A stretch of DNA of 16,585 bases. Source: Candidatus Methylomirabilia bacterium. GTDB taxonomy: Bacteria > Methylomirabilota > Methylomirabilia > Rokubacteriales > CSP1-6. This document shows, piece by piece, positions 1 through 6,513 of the stretch. Each line of letters begins with the position of its first letter. Position 1 is the first letter of the stretch. A program made the translations under genes and the position numbers. The notes beneath the pieces were generated by a model. It was not told where the DNA came from. It saw only the letters and a list, made by a program, of their open reading frames with translations, and searched no databases. The stretch covers positions 1-16,585 of the forward strand of contig JBGQHJ010000112.1 in the NCBI GenBank assembly GCA_041497895.1. Reading direction: 5' to 3'.

Positions 1-716
1 ACGATCTTGGTCAGCACCATGAGCCCGTAGGCGGTGCCGAAGAGCGCGGTGCTCCCGGGGGCGTAGTAGAGCGTGAGCCCCACCCCGGCCGCCACCAGGC
101 CGCCCACGGCACCCAGCGCGAGACTCGAGAAGCGGCGCAGCAGGGCCACCGGCCACGGCCGCTCGCGCCGTCCGACCGCGGCGGCGGTCAGGTGCACGAG
201 CCCGCCGATCCACACCGCGGCGGCGAGCTGGTGGGCGCCGTCCAGCAGCAGGAGGACCCCGCGCGACTCGAGCCGCGCCGCCGCGTGGCTGGTCCACGGC
301 GCGACCACCGCGAGGGTGGCGGCCAGCAGGACGGCCGCTCTCAGCAGGCCCGGCCGGAGCCCGTCCGAGTCGCCGTGACGCCTGAGCTCGAGGGCGCAGA
401 TCGCGAGCGCGGCGCCCGCCACCACGCGGACGGCGCTCACCTGGACGTAGAGGGTCCCCAGCGCGGCGCGCAGCGGCCAGACCGCGTCGTGGAGGAGCAC
501 GAACAGCTCGATGCCGAGGGCCAGCGCCTGGCCGAGGGCGAGCGTGGCGGCCCCGACCGCGATCAGGGTGAGCGAGCGCGGCAGCGCCGGGGGATCGAGC
601 CCCGGGCGCGTCGCGGAGGCGCGCAGGGCGAGCAGGACGAAGCACACCCCGCCCACCGAGGCGGCCTGCGCGGACAGGATCAGCCCGCGCAGCAGGACGT
701 CGAGGAACCCGGTCAC
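1..716 (-). CDS. CopD-family copper resistance/uptake inner-membrane protein (3' end runs off the window)
   Basis: Not in the ORF track because it has no stop in the window. Manual translation from GTG at 716: MTGFLDVLLRGLILSAQAASVGGVCFVLLAL...PWTSHAAARLE...DGAHQLAAAVWIGGLVHL...LRRFSSLALGAVGGLVAAGVGLTLYY...LFGTAYGLMVLTKI. It has multiple TM helices and the CopD hallmarks SHA, HxxAxxxWxGGL, RFS and TxYGxxLxxK. It starts 1 nt after the upstream stop (718-720). Confidence 0.8.
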   Translation of the reverse strand, partial: MTGFLDVLLRGLILSAQAASVGGVCFVLLALRASATRPGLDPPALPRSLTLIAVGAATLALGQALALGIELFVLLHDAVWPLRAALGTLYVQVSAVRVVAGAALAICALELRRHGDSDGLRPGLLRAAVLLAATLAVVAPWTSHAAARLESRGVLLLLDGAHQLAAAVWIGGLVHLTAAAVGRRERPWPVALLRRFSSLALGAVGGLVAAGVGLTLYYAPGSTALFGTAYGLMVLTKI

Positions 717-717
717 G

Positions 718-1878
718 TCAGGACGTCTGCCGCCGCCGCGCGCCCCACCGGACCAGCAGCATGAAGATCGGCGTGCCGAGGGCAACCAGGATCAGGAACC
801 AGTGGGCTCGGCCAAAGCAGGCGAGCAGGACGACCAGGTAGATGAAGTCGCGATTGGCCACCGCCTCGGCCAGCCGCGCGGTCGACGCGGTGGGGGCCGC
901 CGCGCTCCGGCGAGAGACCAGGACCGCGGCGGCGGCGGTGCCGGACACCGCGAGGGCGCCGAGGAGGAGCGGCCAGGCGGCGTCCGCGGCCACGCTCCAG
1001 CCGATGGCCATGGAGGTGAACACCGCCACGTGCACCAGGTTGTCCCCCCAGAAGTCGAGCCGGGCCCCGGCGGGCGACTCGAGGAACTTGAGCCGGGCCA
1101 GCTCGCCGTCGCAGCCGTCCAGGATCGAGTGGGTCAGGAACAGCAGGCTGCCGACCACCTGGCGGAGCGGATCCACCGAGAGGAAGAAGGGCGCGCCCAG
1201 GAGGCCCACCGCCAGGCTCACCAGGGTCATCGCGTTCGGGGTGATCGAGGTTCCCACCAGGCGCCGGGTGAGCGCCAGCGAGATCCGCCGCTCGACGTGG
1301 CGGGACATGAACCCCTCGGTGTCCTTGATCAGGCTCTGCAGGAGCCAGTCCTCGGCGGCCTTCGTCCCGTCCGAGCCCACGAGCGCGAACCGGCCCGCGG
1401 GATCGCCGTCGGGGGCGACGCGCGGCCGGCGACGCGCGAGCTCGGCGATCAGGTCCGGCGCGCCCGCGCCCGTCGAGCGGAGCAGCGCGCCTCCGTCCAC
1501 GCCGTCCACGGTGGCGGCGCCCGAGGGGTCGACGGCCGGCGTGCCGGGCTCGAGCGGCATCTCGCGGAGCCCGCGCAGCCACCGCGCCTGGGGCAGCACG
1601 TTGGCCGGAAGCAGGACCAGCCGGCCCGGCGACCCGTTGATCGGGTCGGCGCCCAGCAGCGTGGCGCCGGTGCCCTCGAGGAGCCGGGGCTCGGGGCACG
1701 CCCGCGGGTGCACCAGCACCCGGTCGAAGCCCGCGCGGCCGGCCGCCAGCACGATACGGCGGAGCAGGGGCAGCCCCGCGATCATGGTCTCGGGCGGGGG
1801 CGCTCCCGCGCCGGCCGCGGCGGGCAGGACCACCAGCAGGCTCGGCGTGTCGAGCGCGGGCGCGGCCAGGACCGTCAT
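718..1878 (-). CDS. CDP-alcohol phosphatidyltransferase family protein with N-terminal degenerate nucleotidyltransferase-like domain (IPCT/DIPPS-like architecture), ~386 aa
   Basis: C-terminal part of ORF 718..2802. It carries the CDP-AP signature DGCDGELARLKFLESPAGARLDFWGD (DxxDGxxAR...GxxLDxxxD), the ITPNAMT motif and ~6 TM helices. The N-terminus has IAGLPLLRRIVLAAGRAGFDRVLV. ATG at 1876-1878 overlaps the upstream stop (ATGA). Confidence 0.88.
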   Translation of the reverse strand: MTVLAAPALDTPSLLVVLPAAAGAGAPPPETMIAGLPLLRRIVLAAGRAGFDRVLVHPRACPEPRLLEGTGATLLGADPINGSPGRLVLLPANVLPQARWLRGLREMPLEPGTPAVDPSGAATVDGVDGGALLRSTGAGAPDLIAELARRRPRVAPDGDPAGRFALVGSDGTKAAEDWLLQSLIKDTEGFMSRHVERRISLALTRRLVGTSITPNAMTLVSLAVGLLGAPFFLSVDPLRQVVGSLLFLTHSILDGCDGELARLKFLESPAGARLDFWGDNLVHVAVFTSMAIGWSVAADAAWPLLLGALAVSGTAAAAVLVSRRSAAAPTASTARLAEAVANRDFIYLVVLLACFGRAHWFLILVALGTPIFMLLVRWGARRRQTS

Positions 1879-2942
1879 CCCGCGGCCCCGGCGCGCACCG
1901 GGCTCGAGCGGCGCGCGGCCAGGGCCAGACGCTCGCCTCCGCGACGACTCGACTCGCGCGCCAGACACTCGATCGCCACGCAGACCGCAGCCTCGTCCAG
2001 GTTGGGGCTCGACGTGCCGGCGCCGCCCGCCTCGAGGCGCGCGAGGAACTCGTCGGCGACCGCGGCGAACCAGTCCGGGTGCTGCGAGCCGTCGGAGAGC
2101 GCGGGCGGGCAGGGTCGCCGCTCTTCCCGCCCCTCGGCGGTCACCACCAGCGTGGCGTCCTCGATCTCGATGCGCCCCGCGGTGCCGCTCACCCGCACCC
2201 GGTTCTCGCGCGTGTCGGCGGCCCAGGTGAGCAGGACGTCCGCGGTCGCCTCCGCGAAGTGGAGCCGCACCGTTGCGGTGTCCTCCACCGCGAAGCGGTG
2301 ATGCCGCCGCGTCTCGAGCCGCGCGCTCACCGCGGCGGGCGTCTCGCCCACCCAGCGCGGGATCACGTACGAGACGTGCCAGCCGTGATCGGTCAGCACG
2401 CCGCCGCCCGCGATCGCGGGATCCATCCGCCACGCGTCGCCGGCGGCGGCCGCCGCGGGCTGGGTGCGGAGGGTCTGCCAGGAGACCTCGCACACCCGGC
2501 CGATGCGCCCCGCGCGGATCACCGCGTCGGTCGCGCGCACGAGCGGCGCGTGGTGCCAGTTGTGGACGGTGTGGAGCACCGCGCCGGCGGACCGCGCGAG
2601 CCCGGCCAGCCGGGCGAGCTCGTCCGGGGCGCCCACCAGCGGCTTCTCGCAGAGCACGTGCAGGCCGCGGGCGAGCGCGGCCTCGATCAGGGGCGCGTGG
2701 CTCGACGGCGGGGTGCAGATGTCGACGAAGTCGAGCGTCTCGCCGGCCAGCAGCGACTCGACCGAGTCGTGCCAGCGCGCGGCGGGGAGCCGGGCCCGGC
2801 ATTCGGCCCGGCGCGCGGCACTCGCGTCGGTGGCGGCCACGATCTCGCAGTCGCGCCGCGCCTGCCAGCCGGGCAGGTGGCCGTGCACCGCCACGTTCCC
2901 GAGACCGATGACGGCGCCGCGCCGACGCCTAGTCTCGCCCAT
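1875..2942 (-). CDS. Gfo/Idh/MocA family NAD(P)-dependent oxidoreductase, 355 aa
   Basis: Rossmann motif GAVIGLGNVA, DFVDICTPPSSH, family signature HVLCEKPL and catalytic GGGVLTDHGWH (DxxxH). Overlaps the upstream gene by 14 nt. Confidence 0.92.
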   Translation of the reverse strand: MGETRRRRGAVIGLGNVAVHGHLPGWQARRDCEIVAATDASAARRAECRARLPAARWHDSVESLLAGETLDFVDICTPPSSHAPLIEAALARGLHVLCEKPLVGAPDELARLAGLARSAGAVLHTVHNWHHAPLVRATDAVIRAGRIGRVCEVSWQTLRTQPAAAAAGDAWRMDPAIAGGGVLTDHGWHVSYVIPRWVGETPAAVSARLETRRHHRFAVEDTATVRLHFAEATADVLLTWAADTRENRVRVSGTAGRIEIEDATLVVTAEGREERRPCPPALSDGSQHPDWFAAVADEFLARLEAGGAGTSSPNLDEAAVCVAIECLARESSRRGGERLALAARRSSPVRAGAAG

Positions 2943-4257
2943 GCCGCGGCAGCACCGCCCCCAGCGCCTCGTCCAGGATGGCCAGGCCCTCGCGGGCGAG
3001 GTCCTCGGTGATGAGCAGGGGCGGATTGATCCGGATCGTCGGCGAGTAGGTCATCGCCACGAGCCCGCGCCGCAGGCACTCCTGGTAGAGATCGCGGGTG
3101 ATCTCCTTGCTGATCGGCTTGCGGGTCTGCCGGTCCTCGACCAGCTCGATCCCGAGCAGCAGGCCCCGGCCGCGGACACAGCCGACCGTGCGGTACTTCT
3201 CCTTGAGGCGCTCGAGCTCGGTGAGCATGATCGCGCCGACCCGGTCCGCGTTCTTGACCAGGTCCTCGTTCAGGATGATCTCGAGCGCGGCGAGCCCCGC
3301 CGCGGAGGCGAGCGGATTGCCGCCGTAGCTCGACGAGCTGAAGCTCGGGTTGGACCAGGGCTTGGCGGCGGTCAGCTCGTCGGTCGAGACCACGCCCGCG
3401 AGCGGGAAGCCGCCGCCCACTCCCTTGCCCACCGTCATGATGTCGGGCACCACGCCCTCGTGGTCGGTGCCCCACATCGAGCCGGTGCGGCCGAAGCCGG
3501 TGATCATCTCGTCGGCGAAGAGCAGCGCCCCGTGGTCGCGGGCCACCGACTGGATCGCGCGCAGGAAGCCGTCGGGCGGGATGACGTTGCCCGCGGTGCC
3601 CTGGATCGGCTCGACGATGATGGCGGCGATCTCGCCCGCGGTCTGGTAGCGGATCACATCGCGTACGTACTCGGCGCACGCGATACCGCAGTCCGGATAG
3701 CGGAGCTTGAGCGGGCAGCGGTAGCAGTCCGCGTAGGGCGTCGAGTACTGGCCGGGCAGGAACGGGCCCTGGTGATGCTTGAAGTCGCTGCCGAGCAGGC
3801 CCAGCACGCCGCCGGTCTTGCCGTGGAAGCCGCCCCAGAACCCGACGACCTCCTGGCGCCCGGTCGCGGCCTTGGCCAGGCGCAGGCCCGCCTCCACCGC
3901 CTCCGCGCCGCCCGAGAACAGCTGGATCCGGGTGAGGCCCTCGGGCGTCACCTTCGCCATCAGCTCGAGAAACCGCGCGCGGGTCTCGGTGGTGAAGCTG
4001 CCGAAGGTGAGCCGCTCCGCCTGGCGCTTGAGCGCCTCCACGTAGTGCGGATGGCAGTGGCCGATGCTGCCCACCGCGATGCCCGCGATGAAGTCGATGT
4101 ACTCGTTGCCGTCCTCGTCCCACAGCCGGCTGCCGCTGCCGCGGGCCATGGCCAGCCCCGAGTAGAGGGCGAAGGACTGGTAGCCGGGCGCGATGTGGCG
4201 CGCCTCGCGGGCCACGATCTCGCGCGAGCGCGGCCCGACCTCGCGCGGCGCGCTCAC
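2929..4257 (-). CDS. Class-III PLP-dependent aminotransferase (GABA/acetylornithine aminotransferase-like), ~442 aa
   Basis: C-terminal part of ORF 2929..5313. Motifs WDEDGNEYIDF, SGGAEAVEAGLRLA, GFHGKT, IVEPIQG, FADEMITGFGRTG and PDIMTVGKGVGGG (PLP Lys). GTG at 4255-4257 overlaps the upstream TGA (GTGA), with GGGAG 7 nt upstream. Confidence 0.92.
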   Translation of the reverse strand: MSAPREVGPRSREIVAREARHIAPGYQSFALYSGLAMARGSGSRLWDEDGNEYIDFIAGIAVGSIGHCHPHYVEALKRQAERLTFGSFTTETRARFLELMAKVTPEGLTRIQLFSGGAEAVEAGLRLAKAATGRQEVVGFWGGFHGKTGGVLGLLGSDFKHHQGPFLPGQYSTPYADCYRCPLKLRYPDCGIACAEYVRDVIRYQTAGEIAAIIVEPIQGTAGNVIPPDGFLRAIQSVARDHGALLFADEMITGFGRTGSMWGTDHEGVVPDIMTVGKGVGGGFPLAGVVSTDELTAAKPWSNPSFSSSSYGGNPLASAAGLAALEIILNEDLVKNADRVGAIMLTELERLKEKYRTVGCVRGRGLLLGIELVEDRQTRKPISKEITRDLYQECLRRGLVAMTYSPTIRINPPLLITEDLAREGLAILDEALGAVLPRHGRD

Positions 4258-5108
4258 CGCGCGTCTCCCGCGGCCGGCCGCGACTCGGCGAAGCGCAGGG
4301 CCAGGTAGGCGGCGATCACCGGCGCGGCCTCGTCCCGGTACAGCGCGAAGCTCGGCCACGCGTTGACGTCGAGGAGCACGAGCCGGCCGTCGGCGGAGGC
4401 GATCGCGTCGCCGCCGTAGACCTCGAGCCCCAGCGCGGTCGCGGCCGCCCGCACCAGCCGGGCCAGATGCGCGACCTCGAACGGATGCCCGGCCACCCGC
4501 TGCTCCTTGTGGTAGAACCAGCGGAACCACGCCGGTCCGCCGTCGGCGCCCCCGCCGCCGCCCACCCCGTAGAACTTGATCAGGTCTCCCTCGACCGGCG
4601 GCTGCAGCACCGCGCGCTCGAAGCCGCGCGCGGCCAGGCCCGCGAGCGCGGCCGCGGCCTCGTCGCGGGTGCGGGCGAAGACCACGTCGCCCTCCTGGGT
4701 GTTGTGCACGTCGGGGCGCTTCACCCAGATCGGGGCGTGGAGATCGGCCGTCGCGCCCTGGGTGGGGACCACGCGGCTCTCGATGAACGGCACGTTGGCC
4801 TCGCGGAGCTGGGCGATCATGCGCTCGCGGTAGGTGTTGAGCACCGCGAGCGGCGCGTTGACCTGGCGCACCCCGCGCTCCTGCCAGGCGAGGAGCACGC
4901 GGAGCGCCTCCATGCGTTCGCACATCAGGAAGATCCCGTCGGGCGGCGTCTCCGCCGCGGTCAGATCCTCGGGCGCCCGCAGCTCCACCTGCACCCCGTG
5001 GCTCTCCAGGTGCTTGCCGGTCAGGCGCAGGATCTCCGCGTCGTCGCTCTCGCGACCGGGCGAGTGCTCCCGCTCTCGAAAGAGGCCCCAGTAGGTCCGG
5101 TCGCTCAC
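4254..5108 (-). CDS. ATP-grasp fold protein (RimK/inositol-trisphosphate 5/6-kinase-like), ~284 aa
   Basis: C-terminal part of ORF 4254..5246. ATP-grasp elements PIWVKRPD, VLQPPVEGDLIKFYGVG and LGLEVYGGDAI...VLLDVNAWPSF. GTG at 5106-5108 is preceded by AGGAGG at 6-nt spacing. An alternative GTG at 5129 overlaps the upstream stop. Confidence 0.75.
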   Translation of the reverse strand: MSDRTYWGLFREREHSPGRESDDAEILRLTGKHLESHGVQVELRAPEDLTAAETPPDGIFLMCERMEALRVLLAWQERGVRQVNAPLAVLNTYRERMIAQLREANVPFIESRVVPTQGATADLHAPIWVKRPDVHNTQEGDVVFARTRDEAAAALAGLAARGFERAVLQPPVEGDLIKFYGVGGGGGADGGPAWFRWFYHKEQRVAGHPFEVAHLARLVRAAATALGLEVYGGDAIASADGRLVLLDVNAWPSFALYRDEAAPVIAAYLALRFAESRPAAGDAR

Positions 5109-5125
5109 CCCGCTCCTCCTCGTGC

Positions 5126-5830
5126 TCACGCGCCCCGTCCCTCGCGCGCGAGCGCTTCCGCCGCCGCCACGTCCTGGCCGCGGTCCACGTCCACCACCGT
5201 CTCGATGATCTCCCCGTAGAGCGGCTCGCCGCTCCGGCAGAGCCACCCGAGGTACTCTCGCAGCCGCCCCAGCGGCGGCGCGGCCGCGACCCGGCGCGCG
5301 CGCGCCGACACACGATACACCCCGGCGGTGACCAGGCGCCCGCCCGGCCCGCCGATCGCCTCCACCCGCCCGTCCGCGCCCAGGGTCACCCAGAGCGGCT
5401 TCTCGTCGGCGACGAGCGGGGTCACCGCGAGCACGGTGGCCTCATCGGGCCGCGCGGCGGCCTGGCGGGCGAACCGCGCGAAATCGCGCGCGGCGCACCA
5501 CGCGTCCACCGTGGAGACCAGCATCGGCCCCTCCGGCCCTCGCGCGGTCACCTCCCGGAAGCTCTCCAGCGAGGAGGCGGTCGTCTTCACGATGAAGTTG
5601 ATGTCGAGATCCGGGTATCGTCCCCGTACCCATTCGACGCAATCCTGCTCGTCCTGGTTCACGATGATCGTGATCTCGGTGATCCCGGCGGCCAGGAAGT
5701 TGCGCAAGACCGCGCCGATCAGGGGCAGCCCGGCCACTTCCACCAGCGGCTTGGACACCCGCCAGCCGTCCGCGCGGAGACGACTCCCCGCGCCCGCCGC
5801 GATGATGCCTCCCCGGACCGATGCCGCCAT
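5126..5830 (-). CDS. Nucleotidyltransferase (NTP_transferase / sugar- or inositol-phosphate cytidylyltransferase-like), ~234 aa
   Basis: N-terminal GGIIAAGAGSRL...SKPLVEVAGLPLI signature and C-terminal DVD. ATG at 5828-5830 overlaps the upstream TGA (TGATG). Confidence 0.88.
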   Translation of the reverse strand: MAASVRGGIIAAGAGSRLRADGWRVSKPLVEVAGLPLIGAVLRNFLAAGITEITIIVNQDEQDCVEWVRGRYPDLDINFIVKTTASSLESFREVTARGPEGPMLVSTVDAWCAARDFARFARQAAARPDEATVLAVTPLVADEKPLWVTLGADGRVEAIGGPGGRLVTAGVYRVSARARRVAAAPPLGRLREYLGWLCRSGEPLYGEIIETVVDVDRGQDVAAAEALAREGRGA

Positions 5831-6513
5831 CAGGACAGCAGCGCCTCCACGTCCGCCAGCGAGTGGATCATCGCGTCGCCGGGGCAACACGGCCCGCCGG
5901 GCGGTGCGGGCTCTCCGGTCAGCCAGATGTGCCGCATGCCGAGCGCCCGTGCGCCCGCCATGTCCCGGGCCACCGAGTCGCCGACGAAGATGGCGTCCGC
6001 GGGTGCCACCCCGAGCCGCTCCAGCGCCGTCAAGAAGATGCGCGGATCGGGCTTCGAGCAGCCCACCTGCTCGGAGTCGACGATGACGCCGAAGAGCGGC
6101 AGAATTTCCACATTATGGCACACGGTGTCGAGGTTGCCATAGAAGTTGGACACGATCCCGAGGCGATAGCGACCGCGGAGGCGATCGAGCAGCGCCCGGT
6201 TGCGCCGCAGGTGGCGACGCGCGTCGGCGAGGAAGCGCTCGGCGACGCGCTCGATCGTCGGCGCGTCGCGCACCGCGAGCGCGTCGGCGAGCCCCGCGGT
6301 CAGGCGGCGCACCGTGTCCTCGAACGAGAGCGTGCGCGGAATCGTGCCGACGAGCGCGTCGTCCGCCGCGTAGAAGAGCGGATCGAACGCCTCGCGCGAG
6401 GCGGCCGCGCCCTCCGCGCGCCAGAGGCGGAAGAAGCGCTCCTTCCACGTGAGCCCGTCGGCGTCGAGAGTGCCGCCGAAGTCCAGCAGCAGGGCGCGCG
6501 GCCGATCAGGCAG
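5830..6513 (-). CDS. HAD-superfamily hydrolase/phosphatase (subfamily IA), ~227 aa, probable CTG start
   Basis: The frame of ORF 5830..6312 is open upstream and contains motif I (RALLLDFGGTLD). Also motif II (IVSN), III (SKPD) and IV (VGDSVARDMAGA). There is no in-frame ATG/GTG/TTG upstream of motif I. CTG at 6511-6513 follows GGAGG at 6-nt spacing. Confidence 0.85.
   Translation of the reverse strand: MPDRPRALLLDFGGTLDADGLTWKERFFRLWRAEGAAASREAFDPLFYAADDALVGTIPRTLSFEDTVRRLTAGLADALAVRDAPTIERVAERFLADARRHLRRNRALLDRLRGRYRLGIVSNFYGNLDTVCHNVEILPLFGVIVDSEQVGCSKPDPRIFLTALERLGVAPADAIFVGDSVARDMAGARALGMRHIWLTGEPAPPGGPCCPGDAMIHSLADVEALLS

Noticed and set aside
718..5313. Apparent large fusion proteins from ORFs 718..2802 (694 aa) and 2929..5313 (794 aa)
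   Set aside because: The N-terminal extensions are Arg/Gly/Ala-rich off-frame readings of upstream genes. Coupled starts exist at 1878 and 4257.
718..6513. Phosphonate or standard CDP-choline (lic) pathway interpretation of the cluster
   Set aside because: There is no PEP mutase, phosphonopyruvate decarboxylase, LicA choline kinase or LicD in the window. The aminotransferase is class III, not the class-V AEP transaminase type.
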